A DNA stretch of 63,739 nt, filler included, from Phoronis australis (GCA_002633005.1; 11 parts of 11 records of this genome joined end to end with filler, not necessarily neighbours in it), one strand, 5' to 3'. Positions 45,410-59,315 are shown, numbered from the whole stretch's first letter. Notes: generated by a model not told the origin, from the letters alone. Numbers and translations are program-made.

Positions 45410-47149
45410 TCAACTTTTGCATTTTAATTTATTCGACTGGGTCCATATTGTGACATCATATTAAATGAAAGCCCGTTCAAAACTCTATCTAAAGTGGTAG
45501 TTTGGCAAAAATCCAAAAATTTTTGGAGAAAATTATAAAGTTGCCGTTTTTTTGAAATTCAAAGTCAAATAACTCGAACACGGTAAGTCTGAGAAATACG
45601 CTCTCGCAGACTTTTTGAAAGGCCATACTTCAAGGAATCCACATGCAAAAATTCACGTCATTTGCTCTTCCCATAAAAAATGCGACACCAGAGCGATTGA
45701 AACCGTGTGAACATGTCCCACAGCCGCCATCTTGAAAGTGATTTCCGGTTCAATAATTTTTTATAAAAGCTTATTAAACTCAACAAGAAAGTAATTGGTT
45801 TGCAAATACGCCCTCTACAGAAGAAAATGTTTTTGGCCATATTTCGGGCTGCGCATGCGCCAAGTCCAATATTTCCGCTATCTTTAACCGGAAGTCAACG
45901 ATTTGCTGCACAATTGTAGCAAATGCGTTCTGGTATATTGGTACTGATTTTCAGCCATGTAGGTAGAAAAATGCGGCCTCTACGAGTATTTGACTGTGAA
46001 ATCTAATACAAAATGGCCGCCACGTCCGCCATTTTGTATCCGATCATGACCAAAAACAATAGCGTTTTAGCAGTTCCCGATCTACACGTTGTGTGCAAAT
46101 TTCGTGAAAATCGGACCAAAATTGCGACCTGTAGAGAGCGAACAAACAAACAAAAAACTTGCTGTCAGACCAAAAAAAATGAATCATGCTCATTTGCTAT
46201 AAAGTCCAATTCATCTGCTGTATGTTACTAGGTACAGTGTATACATTACAACGTCGTGCGGAAATGACGAATTCTATCGAATAGGCGTGAATTGACTAGA
46301 GAGTAAACACCAACGTCATAAACACACATAGAGCCGAGAATCCGATGAGTGAATGAGTCTAAATTGTGAAACCCTAGCAATTGAAAAGCTCGGAAATCCG
46401 CAGTAAAAGAAAATTGCTTGCGATTGTATAGCTCAATTTATGTGATTAATGAACTAAATCAAACTACTCAAACGAGAGCGCTCGGAGGAGCGACACTTGG
46501 CGGAACTAATCGAAAAGACGACGATGAGGGAGACGACGACAATCANNNNNNNNNNNNNNNNNNNNNNNNNNNNNNNNNNNNNNNNNNNNTTAATTAATTA
46601 ANNNNNNNNNNNNNNNNNNNNNNNNNNNNNNNNNNNNNNNNNNNNTATCATCATTTTTCAATTCCATCAATTTAATTGTCGACCCTCGTGAAGTCCTTTC
46701 ACATTTAACTGCTCTTTGCGTGAATAAATTTCAAACAAAAACTGTCTCGTATTGAACAGCTTGTAAGGATGTCCTGTACACAACTCAGCGCGCATGAACA
46801 CTTTTTGAAAAAACATAAACCTTCTAATAATCCAGTTAATATCATTGGGATGTTAATGTAGTGTTTTCGCAGAATACGCGAAGATAGAACTAAATGTGCC
46901 AGGCGTCTTTCTTGAAGCTTGCATTACCATCTGGTGCCAGGCTGTAATCATCTGCTCTTCAGTGATTAGTTGTAGCCCTTTTGTGTATTTCCTATTCCCC
47001 TGATGATGATGTTGGATTGATTTGCCATCGAAACGTTGCACATTGTGTAAATGCGAATACAATATGTTATAATCAAACGTTCTCAGTTTTGAATTGTTTA
47101 CATTTTCACTTTTCATTGCAATCAATAGTTTTACTTTGTACATAATTCA

Positions 47150-47550
47150 TAGGCTTAACTTAGTGACATCCGCGTAATGCTGTTTTAATTATTAATATCC
47201 GAGCTCATACAGTTGTTTTCAATAAGCATTACTTCCCGACGTCCGAATTCGCATAGTTGCTCAGTCGCTTTTTCTGACATCAGGATTGATACAATAATTT
47301 ATCAGCTTTGCTTACTGATATTCAAGTCAATGGAGAGCTTACAGGCTTAACTTTAAGATACGTAAGTCGATATAATACCTTTATAGACTTTATTTACTGA
47401 TGTTAGAGGTGATACAGTAGTTTATAGGCTTGACCAACGGATTTCCCATTTCGAATAGTAATTGCTTATCAGCTTGACTTACTGATTTGCGACTTGATAC
47501 AGTAGTTAATAGAATTTACTTACTGATATCCGAGTTGATACAGTAGCAGT
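47150..47550 (+). repeat. Old degenerate ~41-bp minisatellite
   Basis: Recurring GCTT.ACTTACTGATAT.CGAGTTGATACAGTAG motif. Confidence 0.55.
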
Positions 47551-47809
47551 ATTTTGAAGGAACAATGGAGTACTCCGAGCAACCACCATGGGGCGTTTTA
47601 CGTCCGTGTCCATATTGACCCAAGTCCTGCGTACACACAAAACAGGTTCCAGGATCTTATCTTCCTACTCGAAATCGAATTTTTTCTGACGATTTCCCTT
47701 CTACCTTATGACGTGCTCGAGACAAGTGTCAATCGAGTACGTAACAGTTACAGAAACGAGCTTTTAGTCTAAGTTCACCCATGATGACCCTTAGACTCGG
47801 AAAAACTCG

Positions 47810-48000
47810 GGACTTCGGATAGAAACTCGAGATTTGGAGTTCAGACTCGAACTGATGTCTCTGATGCTTGGGACAAGGAGTACAAACAATGGTTAGGTAG
47901 ACATCTAGGCCAACCATAATATTTGAGCACAGAAGCGTAGAACGGGAAAACGTCAAAAACAACTTCGAGTTCGGTTTTGAGTACAAAGATTAGATCCCGG
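47810..48000 (+). repeat. Dispersed repeat, second copy at ~61885-62105
   Basis: Shared CTCGAGATTT.GAGTTCAGACT, GTACAAA..ATGGTTAG and GAGTACAAAGATTA blocks. Confidence 0.6.
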
Positions 48001-48448
48001 GTTCAGAAAGTAAAATGGTCAATCAAAAGAACTGTTCCAATAACATAATACATGGATTGCCACTCCTTTGTTTATGGCACGGTCCTGAATAGAAACCTTC
48101 TTTGTCCTGGAGGTTGTTACATTGAGCTCGTTTTACAAATGGCGGATTGATTCTTGGAATATTGCATTCACGGGTAGGCCCACTTCTCACGTTTATCCAA
48201 CTTTCGTCGGAGTTGTAGTCCAGACCACAGGGCGAATACAGTTGATGAAGTCGAGAAAAAAAAAACGAAAAAAGCAAAGAACCTGTAAATGACATGAGAA
48301 ACTCCAACGGAATGGCGCGAAAGCGAGGACACAGAACTGTTTCACAGATGTTGCAGCATTGTGAGAAAATACCGCGAGATTCAAGTGTCGCTGTGTAGTT
48401 CATGGCCGCCCTATTAGGTAGTCTTGTCCGCATCTGTGTGGCATTGTT

Positions 48449-48610
48449 GCTGTGCGAAAACATGGAATCTTGCTTAATGTCAAGATGCGAGAACTTGGAA
48501 TACAAAACCATGCACAAAAGAAGTCACCTGATTGCCCAAATGAATATTCAATTCCAAGTTCACGCTTACGCGATCTTGAGATTAAGCAGGATTCCAAGTT
48601 CTCGCACAGC
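48449..48610. repeat. Inverted repeat / hairpin element
   Basis: GCTGTGCGAAAACATGGAATCTTGCTTAATGTCAAGAT pairs with ATCTTGAGATTAAGCAGGATTCCAAGTTCTCGCACAGC. Confidence 0.7.
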
Positions 48611-49937
48611 GTTATCATCAACAATTACCACTGGCCATCACACACACGACTCGTGATCCCACGTTTACTCGTGAATACCACATTTCGCGTTACTTTACTT
48701 GCGGAACCAGGAAATGGAGTTGAAGGAACTCGGATAATAATTGTCTGTTACGCTGTCTGGATTTGCATAACCTAGCCATGGCCAACTTTGATTTGCAGGA
48801 TAGCTTATAGAGAATTTTAAAAAGCCACCAACTCAGTTTTAACTGACTTATGAAAGTGACGTTGTATTACAACAAGACGTGTTTCGTGAAAGAAAATTGA
48901 AAGGACTAGTAGTTGCGATACAAGACGCAATCAAAAAGTTTCGAAGTCTTATTCAAGCCTAGTGAAACAATTCGAAGATAAAAATCATTACAACCGAAGA
49001 GCTGGGTTATTTTATGACCATTCGGAGTGCGTTCCGTACACCGAGTTCCTAGCGAGAAAAGAGAGATCACGAAATATAACGCAAAATCTCGCAATTGAAC
49101 TGCACCTGTTTCTCAAGTATGCACGAGAAGTTGATTTCAACCTAATCGCTAATCTGGTTCAACAGCAACTCTTTTTCTTCTATCTCAAGACACCTGGAAA
49201 ATCCATAACACATAGAAAGCACACTCGGTGAGCTTTCTCAAGGACAAAGGATTTCAACAAAGCCATGTTCTTACCTTGCTACGTCTACTGGAAAATTGAG
49301 GTGCCGTTGAATTACAACAAATTGCGATATTAATTCTCGCCAAAATCACTAATTAAATACTGCCCCGGTCCGACAACGGAGCCAAGGCTCCTAATTCTCG
49401 TGCCTTGCAGAATCCAGAACTATAGGTTAAGATTTACCATTATCAATCAGATTTTTGTTACATATTTCCATTCTTCTTAGGGGTACCTGTATCTGCAGAA
49501 ACAAAAATTCGCGCTTGACAAGGAAGTGCTCTGAGTAGACTTTCTTTTCAAAACAACTTCAAAGAACTACTGAGTGCCATTCATTACAATTCCTTTCCAT
49601 TTACTTAACAGAATTGCCATCAAACCTGAGCCGCCCCACTGCTTTCATTTTTGGGAGCTACGAAGGCCTGAACCGTGGTCTTAGATCTCACGAGCGTAAT
49701 CAGGCAAAATGGCGACCACTAAGATGATTGGTCGGTGAGGTTGGAAAGTTGAATTGTGGTTTATGGAATAGAATGCACTGTTTCCGTTCCATATGCGACG
49801 ACTGTTCGCGCACGTGCATAGTTAATACATTCTGTTTGCGAAATTCAGTCGATACATTGTAGTAACACTGGTACTCTTGGAGTATCAAACGGCATCAAAC
49901 GATATCGTCCCGTAAAGGATTTTAAGAAATAACTCAC

Positions 49938-50051
49938 CTGACAGATGTCACCTCTGTCGTGCTTACATTGATAACAGTTTCCGCAATAGAAGTGATTCTC
50001 GACTGCGATTCGTTGTCCAACTGACACGGTCGCATCTGGTCCTGTTTTGAC
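49938..50051 (-). CDS. Exon of a zinc-dependent medium-chain dehydrogenase (L-threonine 3-dehydrogenase/sorbitol DH-like)
   Basis: CAG|VKTGPDATVSVGQRIAVENHFYCGNCYQCKHDRGDICQ|GTGAGT, 114 bp, phase 0. It contains the G-x-R-x-A-x-E motif and the four structural-Zn cysteines CxxCxxCx7C. Confidence 0.85.
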
Positions 50052-51202
50052 CTGATGTGAGAAACCATACAATCAACAACAAAAATATCTTACTTGAGCC
50101 ATACTATACATAAATGTTTGAGGATTTTTCATGAACTTTAAGTCTCACTTAGACATGTTTTCAATCTTAGAAATTCCGCTATTGTTTACAGTGTAGTTGT
50201 ATCAGGTGTAAACCAGACTTGCGACCAAAAAGATTCGCGAAGCACTTAATGAAACAGACCCCAGACGTGCTCAAGTTTATCCTAGACCTTTCGCTTGTAT
50301 TCAGTTTCAGTCCATTTCTTGCAAACTCAAGTACGTTACATCGGACACATTTCAAGAAAAGAAGACGAATTATAACGTGTGAGTTAACTACTATTTGAAC
50401 TCTTGCAACCTCTAGACCCCACTGCCCTTAAAATCTACCGCAATCACTGTTAATATTGGGTGTCACAAAATGTACTCAAATTTGAAATGATATTNNNNNN
50501 NNNNNNNNNNNNNNNNNNNNNNNNNNNNNNNNNNNNNNTTAATTAATTAANNNNNNNNNNNNNNNNNNNNNNNNNNNNNNNNNNNNNNNNNNNNTGTGTA
50601 CGTGTGTGTGTTAGACAAATTATTGCATTTGCGAGTATGGTGTTGTCTGGATAATACCTTCCTTGTTGTTTAATTCGTTTTTTCTAAACTCATTTTTAGA
50701 GAAAAGCTCATTTCAAAGGATAAGATGTTTTACACAACTTTTTATTCTAAAACCTCAAGTCTTAAGTCATTTTCCATGAAACGGAACTTTGGTGTCACAC
50801 ATATTGATTTAGCTTTGTAGTTCTTAGGGCTAAACCTTTAAGCTATAACTTGCAAGGTGAGTAATTGCGTCGAAGTACTGTTGTCAATATGGACATGCGC
50901 GCTGTTGTAGTTGCAACAGGATATCCTAGCTATACGTGAGTGACTAGAACTCAAACGCGATTATTAAACTTTGTTTGCCTTAACGGTGGCCACTACTGAC
51001 CTGTACGCAATCACATCACGTGACATAGTAATCTTAGAAAAACCTGTAGGCACTTTAGTCAACTATTCGGACCAATTGTCGAATTTTTAAATTTTTAATA
51101 TGCTTTAAAAAATGATCATCCCCGACGCTGGAACTTTCTGCGTGAACTTAGTGTAAAAATGCTTACAATTGGATATTGTCTTATTTGTGACTTCTTTTTT
51201 AG

Positions 51203-51355
51203 GGAAATATGTGAGCTTTGACCAGCTGGCTCTCTTGGACACGTTTTTCATCACTTTCTATGCTTTCGTCGTCTTCATTACCCAAATACGGTTTCTGCGC
51301 ATCTTGAAGTTTCAGAGATATGTCGCTGTAGCCGTGAAAACAATGAAAAAGATCA
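51203..51355 (+). CDS. Exon of a polycystin (PKD1-like/PKD2 family) cation-channel domain
   Basis: Polypyrimidine-AG acceptor and GTGAGT donor. KYVSFDQLALLDTFFITFYAFVVFITQIRFLRILKFQRYVAVAVKTMKK matches the polycystin 'YVxF...D.......AF.VF....K.L..L.F' segment. Confidence 0.78.
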
Positions 51356-51599
51356 GTGAGTTTAAAATTTAAACAGTGTGTTCCTTTCGATGTGATACAG
51401 CGAGAAGACTGCATTTNCGCTGGCTCTATAGTTTTGTGGATGATAATTAATATTTGGAATATTTTGAACTTTTTGATGATTTCGTTACATATTTTTTCGT
51501 TTTGAGTTCGAATTGGTCTAACCCGGAAAAAATTGAAACAGAAGGTTTTATTGCATCAATCGTATCCTTTCACACCCCTTATTGGGAAAAAAGTCTACC

Positions 51600-52385
51600 G
51601 AAGTCGGAGTGGCGGAAGTTGGTTTTTCAAGATGGCGGACAAAATGGCCGCCAGATTTTCTGATACGCACTATAACGCAAGAGTGGAATGTGATAGAGTA
51701 AAAATTCAAAAAGGTTTACCTATGTTTTGTGGGTCAAAAAATCCATTGGAAATGGTTTTACATGGCTGTGCTGACACCGTCCGCCATTTTCCAAGATGGC
51801 CGCCAAATCTACTTGAGTCGCACAACTTCACACGAACAGATTAGTGTCGTCTTGCTTTAAACATCGCATCATAGGTTTTCTGGGTCAACTAATCCATTGA
51901 GACTCATTGCATTTGGCACTAATGATTACTTCTACCATTTCCAAGATGGCGGACAAAATGGCCGCCAGATTTGCAGATTATCATAACTCGAGAGTGGAAT
52001 GTGATAGAGTAAAATTTCAAAAATGTTTACCTATCTTTTTTGGGTCAACAAATCCATTGGAAAAGTTTTGCATGGCCGTGGTGACACCATCAGCCATTTT
52101 CCAAGATGGCCTTCAAAACTATTTCGAATCGCACAACTTAGCTCAAACAGATTAGTGTTTCGTCTTGCTTCAAGTATCATATGTTTTCTGGGTCAAATAA
52201 TCCATTTAGACTCATTGCGTTTGATTACTTCCACCATTTTCTAAGATGGCCACCAAATAGTTGCTTCGTGTAAGAACTTCGGATTCCAGAGACACGCCAT
52301 ATCATGAGTTTTTTAAGTCAGCACACCCATTACAATATTTTTTGTCTGGCTCTTGATGATTACGACTACCATTTTCAAAATGGTT
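51600..52385 (+). repeat. Tandem repeat (~310-bp unit built of ~155-bp subunits) rich in AAGATGGC/AAAATGGCCGCC motifs
   Basis: CAAGATGGCGGACAAAATGGCCGCCAGA at 51628 and 51942; CAAGATGGCC at 51792 and 52102. Confidence 0.8.
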
Positions 52386-55300
52386 TAACGAATAACTTAT
52401 TTGGGTCAAAAACATCAGGTTTGCCTGAACTGAAGGATCATTCTCCTCCTGAAAAAATGTGCTGTATTGAAAATAAATCTCTGCAATTAATTCAGTGATC
52501 TACTATCCACACTGTCTGTGTCACTTCCAGTAAGTTGTAAATGCCAGTGAATCTATACAAAATCAACCAGTATTTACACAACTAATCTCTGTCAACTCAG
52601 AATGAATTGCTGCAGCTAAAACCACGGCATTCTCCANNNNNNNNNNNNNNNNNNNNNNNNNNNNNNNNNNNNNNNNNNNNTTAATTAATTAANNNNNNNN
52701 NNNNNNNNNNNNNNNNNNNNNNNNNNNNNNNNNNNNGCAAGCCCCAATACCTGGGGGAAGTAGCTATGGAGGTGGCGCAGCGTTCTCGTCGTCTGCTGCG
52801 TGACATCCTGGCTGTTTCCACCAGGAATGCCAGGCGGTTTTACCATCTCTAACAAATTGTTAGAAGTGATTTAGCATCCTGGTGTGCCAGGGTCATAACC
52901 TATGCTCCAGGTTTTCTCCTAGTCCCTTGGGTAACTGCCCGTTATTATAAACTCTGAGTCTGACTACGGTCTCTGGGTTTGTGCCTTACCCTTGGTCCTA
53001 GGAGAATTGTGATGTCCGTATTAAGTAGTATAAGAAGTTAAGTAGTGTACTGGTCCATTATTTTTATATAGTAGTGTTTATTCGTTAAAACTATATAGTA
53101 TATTTTTGTTACAAGTTATGTTTTCATACTATATATATATAGTCTATTTAAATATTCAAGACTATATTTTCTATAGTATTATGTATTAGTTGTTACTATA
53201 TAGTTTATTTTTGTATATTAAGTTAAGTTTTCTATATAGTCTATATATGTTATGAAAGACTATATCATTTTATATCTCAGTGCATCACTACTAAAGTATA
53301 ATGAATACTCATTTTATGGCTAGTATGCTTTTCTTTGTTCAGTTTTTTGTATATATTCTCGCGCCAGGTCATCACCAACAATCACAGTGTTGTCATTGCA
53401 TAGTCCAGAAATTCTATGCTCCCTGGTACTGGTATTAGTGGAGCATATTTTTCTTCTTTTATTTTTTAGTCATGTTCGACTACTATAGTGGATATATGCT
53501 ATGACTGTGTGTCTCATTAGTATTTGTTTTTTTTGGTGGGGGGGAATAGTTGGATTAAATTTTAACCAGTAATTCTTACTTTACAAGGTCACTCCTCATC
53601 ATGTTAGTTATAGGGTTTAAGGTCTTGTCACTGTTATCTTAGTCAAGGGTTTATGTTTAGATGTTGGGAATGACGTTCGCCATTTGCTATAAGGGCTCCA
53701 CTCCTTTTCTTTAGGGAAGGGAGGAATGTAGCAAATGTCGAAGTCAGTCTCGGCTGTGGCGTCTCTATGTTGTGATGTCCTTTTGTTAACAATGTTGGTC
53801 TTGGCCTGGTGCGACACCTGACGCCAGAAGAGCCCAGCCGAGGTCACCCTTCTATCACGTGACCAGTCACCCTTCAAGACCTCGTGACAAGATCGTCTTG
53901 GCCTTCTGGAGTTCGCTGCCATCCTGTACGGACGTAATGTGAGTATACTCCAGACTTTTCTCTGGCACCGTGTTAATAGGCCGAACTTGTGTGTCTGCTT
54001 GGCCAGCCGACCCCTTTATTACAACAACAGAAACAATATCAAACTTGTGGTTGAGAGGAGACCGCCCATGCACTGGTGGTAGCAACACGATGCAGTCCAG
54101 CTATGACTACATTTTGTAGCCATTACCTGATGAACTCAAACTGAATGGACACGACTTTCCCAAAACTGTTGTGTACAGTACCCTGAAATGGTGTGGGTAT
54201 GGCCAGGAACTGGCTTTACGGTGAGACTTGAGGGGTCAGCCATTTCCAGTCACCTATGGTCAAGATGCCCAGTTTCATGCTCCAATGCACCACCAGGTTA
54301 GTTCAAATGAGCATTTCCGGGTATTTTATTGTTTCCATACAGCTTGCATTTAGTTGCAAACACCTATATTCAAAGCTGTGCCTATTTCCAGAATTAGATG
54401 CAAGCGCCTTTACACGAAGCATTTTAGTTAACGGTTCAAAGGTGATGCTTTAGACATAGGTGCACCCTATCCTGCAACTTGTCAGGCATCTGATTACATA
54501 AAATTTCAAAAGCGAGCCTACCACATAGACTTCTTTGATTGAAGGTCCCCGAAAATGTGCTATCAGTCGAGCAAATTTGTATAAAACTGCTTTACACAGG
54601 GTCATGTGCTTATGTTGAGACATACATGGACACCCACAAGCATACTGCGCATGCACCTATGTGTGGCACACTTGAGTAAACATTTTTGTTCAACAAAATG
54701 TATTATTTTTGATATAGGCACATGCGCCTAAATGTGAGCATACACAGAATATATTAGAGAAACACTTAAATAATTAGACCCTTGAAATACTACCACCTGC
54801 CCTCAGCTACCGCCCTCAATTGTCAAACGATTTTCAATGTAAACTGACCTTTCGGAGGTCACGACTAAAAATTTTGTGACCTGTATTAAACAACCGCCTC
54901 AGCTACTTCCCTTGAGTGGTCGCTTAAGACCGCTTAGACTGCAATGATTCTGTTCGAAATGGTTTTTGTAACCTCCTAGCTGTCTAGTAATTTGCATTTA
55001 TAGTCATTCCTAGCAATTACATTTTGATTGAATTTTGTTAAATCATAGATTATAGACAACAGATTCGCAACTCCGGCATATTCTTACGAGCTGAGTTGAC
55101 CTCTAATGACCTATCTGCTGCAGTTTCCGGTCAGTTTTAATTTGACGAGAAATACCTGCATCTACTTTACTGTCCAAAACAGCGAAAAAAACATTAATTT
55201 ATATTAATTTCGGTATTGAAACGCTTTTCAAAGTCTTTCAATAGTAGAAGTGTTGGTATTGTGAGTACTTTTGGCAATGCTACTGGTAATTAATTTCAAA

Positions 55301-56282
55301 ATTCAAACTTCGGTTCCGACCCTNNNNNNNNNNNNNNNNNNNNNNNNNNNNNNNNNNNNNNNNNNNNTTAATTAATTAANNNNNNNNNNNNNNNNNNNNN
55401 NNNNNNNNNNNNNNNNNNNNNNNACTCACGCAATGTCTACTTTCGCTTTGTTTATCGCAGTGAGCCTCGCTTTGGATCTTAATGGCCGCCGCGTGAATAA
55501 GGTCTATGATCCCACTATATTGCGCGTTGTCGTATTTCAACGTCGTTTCGTTTCCATCCTGTATTGGCAAATGCTCACCTGACTAGGCCGTCGAATATTG
55601 AATGCCAAGACGGTCAGTATGGGTTTTACAGATTAACGCGTTAACCTATGGAATTTCAAGTCTGTCACGTGTTACCCCTAACGGATTTTACACGATAATA
55701 ACGAATTAATCTAGGCCTGTATGAAATAAATAGCCCGTTAATTCGATTTGTAGACGTTTGTACAGTGCCGCTTGACTAGCCTTCGTTAGAGTTATGAACG
55801 CGGTTCGGACAAATTTTTGTCTTTACCAAGCTAAGATTTTGAAATTCTACATACTTTTGTTTGTTGAATTTATATCAAGTTTACCCATGACCATCAGGCT
55901 CTGAATTCAAAATCTGATAACCTGAGCAAATGACACAAAACAAACTGATTTTTATGATTGATCTAAAATGGAATGCCAAACAGGTTGCAAGCAGTCTTAG
56001 TCTTGTGTCTGAACTGTACTCTAAACAGTAACAGGCCAGTCACACTCAGTTAAAAAGCTCTTCTCTGGGATCAATTATGGAAGCATCGTCCCTCTGTAAT
56101 ATGTCTGAAAGATAGCAACGGAAATACTCCCAACACTTCTTCCAAAATCTGAATCCCGCATAAATCAAATGGTAGTTTGGTATAGCCAAAGAGGGTCTTG
56201 TCTGGAATCATTTCTCAACAAATACAAACCTCTCAGTACATTCTGATGAAATGTGAATGATTGGCTGCTGTAGACACCAGTA

Positions 56283-56691
56283 GCCAGTTGTATGAAATAG
56301 TCCCAAACAGGGACTCAACTAAGGTCCCTGAGTATTTGTGTCTGTATGGACTCACAGGTGCAATATTTTTCTATCATTTAATCTTAATTGTGAGCTCCTC
56401 TTTCATTAATGATATTTTCTGATAATATAACTAAAATTGAGCCCAGAGTTCATCAAAAAAAACAACAACTAGTGACTCAGTCTTTAAATTGAGGGTGTTG
56501 CATGAAAAGATCCCTACTTATTTTCAATAATATTGACAATTTAATGTAGAGTTCACTCTCGATTTGTATCAAAGTCAAAAGTTGACGTAATAATCAAACG
56601 ATGCACTCGATGTTTTCTAAGTCCAAAAATACGCTGTAGGTTTAGGGAACTTAGTTGAGTCCCTATTTGGGACTGTTTCATGCAACCCGGC
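56283..56691. mobile_element. MITE with ~47-bp imperfect TIRs
   Basis: GCCAGTTGTATGAAATAGTCCCAAACAGGGACTCAACTAAG vs CTTAGTTGAGTCCCTATTTGGGACTGTTTCATGCAACCCGGC. Confidence 0.7.
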
Positions 56692-58360
56692 ACAGTAATC
56701 AGACGCTGACGTCATCTAACTCGGCCATCTTTCTTCAAGTGAATGACGTCATCATTTCCGTGGTCACGTGCTACTGAGTAGTCACTGGCGTGTGAAACTT
56801 ATTTCCTGTGACATTTTTTGTTATACTGTGGTCACATTTTCGTTGATAGGTTAATTTCTTTTCTGGACCACAGTTTATTGATCTATATGAAGTAATTTTC
56901 TGTAGTGAAAAAGGAAACCCCAATGAATAACTTTATCACTGAGAATTGAAAATTCTTGTTTTGGTCTTTATTTCAAGTTTAGCAGAGTAAAATAAGTATT
57001 TGGAAATTTTCCCGTTTCGGCTGTCTATAGATTAGTCGTTTAAGTCTGAATAATTAGCCCTCTAAATTCTGGGAATCCGTGCTAATGAACAAAACGGGAC
57101 GCGTTATATAACATCACCTGGAACTCCATTCTGCGGAATCCATAGTAGAAACGCACGGTGCCGTACTTACACTGGCTTTGTGGATGGTGTTTCACATCTG
57201 TGTGCATAACTACTGAGTACCAAATTAAATCTCTTGGAGTTGCGTGCATTTGTTCATGTGCCAGAATTGTTCGTGGTACAGCGTATAGGAATGTCGAGAA
57301 CGCGCACTGTGAATATTTGATGAACGCAACAGTATTGCGAACTAACGTTTACAAATTGATTTTGAAATAGCAAGCATGCAGTCTTATTGTAATCCTTGTT
57401 TCGCATTCTTTTCTATCGTTTCAAACGATTTCGTGTCCTTTCTAGAAGGCATGGATGGAAATACAGGGGAACTAATTGTAAGGAAAAATCGTTTTACACC
57501 AGTTTCTGTAATTTCTAACGAGTCCCAACTTTGCAAGTTTCAACATGCCATAAAGGAGATAAGTTGAAACATGGTTGACAGCGGAAAATCCTTGACTTCT
57601 CCATTGGCGTTTTTTTTCAAATGTTTTCTTTTGTTTTATTTGGTCTACACCTCTCCTCTTAATGTTAAACAACCATCGCTTATATGACTTGAAATTATCA
57701 AAATAATCTGTGCTATGTCTTCACCTGTTCCAGTTATCCACGGTCTCCCTATTTCATACCCGACTGATCGGAGAGGATGAACTGTTGAATTATGGGAGGA
57801 AATTGTATGGAAACAAAGAACACGTTATTTCCGTTAGATGAACTAAAAATATCTATCAACAATTTTTACGTCCATTTTAGAAACAAGTTTCGAATTGTAG
57901 CAGAGAGTGTTTTTTGTCATAGCGCATATGAATGAAATTTGATCTCACCATGATATACTTTTCACGCTACTAAGTCTGCAAGTGATAGAGAAAACCTATA
58001 ACCAAATTTGAACACAACTTTCATGTTGGCAGCTCTGACTACTCACACTCACACGCAGCACCCTACAGGCGAATCTCCTCCGAACACTTGTCCAAAAGTT
58101 TTCCCAGCAATCTTTGCGCATATCAAAATGGCGGTGATCAGCGAATAGGTCCATACGGGACTACGGTTGGTTCCATGACAGATTTATCATGTACTCGTGT
58201 AGCCGATTATTACGCATAAAAGGCGAACAATGCTTCTAGAAGTCAGGCATGTTTTTAAATGTTTGAAACAATGCACAGAAGTTTAGAATGATTCATTCTT
58301 ATTCTTGGTTGCATATTTTGTAGCTGGTTTTATATTATACCACGATCTGTCTAGTTACAG

Positions 58361-58550
58361 GCTACTAACGATGATGAAACTGCCAAATCACTGTACAGTG
58401 AAGTCACAACAACTGACAGTTCAAGGCAGAACGAAAACAAGAGAGGAAATTGGGGAAACAGCTGCGAGTTCCTGCTGTCCTGCATTGGTTATGCTGTTGG
58501 CATAGGCAACATATGGAGATTTCCATACCTGTGTATCAAAAATGGCGGAG
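58361..58550 (+). CDS. SLC6 (sodium:neurotransmitter symporter) family transporter, TM1 exon
   Basis: CAG|ATNDDE...[39 protein letters not shown]|GTAAG, the SNF signature with its conserved phase-1 intron. A possible initiation exon is at 57451-57477 (MDGNTGELI|GTAAGG). Confidence 0.92.
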
Positions 58551-59315
58551 GTAAGCAGAAGAGAAGATTACTCAGCCATAGCAGGATCCGTGAAACATTT
58601 TTCTTGTGTGTTTGACGACATCTCACACGTCTTCGTGATACATCGACATGTGTTACAAGTTACGAAAATTGTATCATTAGGTTTCTTTCGCTACTGCATG
58701 AATAGCATTTTGTGTCGGCTGACGATGCCCTGATTCGAGCACCGCCAATGGCACCTCCGGTCGTATGGAAAATTACCAGGAGTTCATTAATTCTATTAAG
58801 TTTCCGCCTCTGCGGCTCTAAATTTCCAGATATCCAGGAATTGTGGCTCTGGCAGCTGGTGGTAAAAGACCACTCGCTCATTAACAAATGCATAACTTAT
58901 TAAAACGCTTTGTGCTAACAAGCTTTGGATTCACAATTTCTTATTGCGTGACTTGCTGAAGAATGTCAGGCATTATGTAAGTAACATTTCTGTCAAATAA
59001 CTACTTTTGTTCGGGACATCAGTTGTTGCTCTTAATATCCAGAACTGGGCCGTCAAACATGAACAGAAATTGTATTCATCTTTGAGCTTCGTAGTATTGC
59101 ATATCTATTCGCTTCAGGGCTTAGGATCAAATCTCTGCTCAGACTCAGACTAAAAACCGATCAACTACGCCATAAGATTTGCGTGCAAATTAGTAGCATG
59201 CCATGTAGTTAGCCAGTTGTCGAGTACAAATATTTGACACCTGCTTCAGGTTCTCGCGCGAGGTTTACTTACGAGATTTGTTGCAGATTTTGCGCTCCAG
59301 CTGCTTCCCGATTAA

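Noticed and set aside
45225-45453. Poly-Ile/Val/Thr ORFs
   Set aside because: Translations of an (ATT)n(GTT)n microsatellite.
53617-54100. Possible LINE endonuclease remnant ('KFDIVSV', 'ICYIPP') on the minus strand
   Set aside because: Only two short motifs and no catalytic residues recognisable.
36718-58550. Neuro/sensory gene cluster (nAChR + polycystin + SLC6)
   Set aside because: The genes lie on different linker-separated contigs, so linkage is unsupported.
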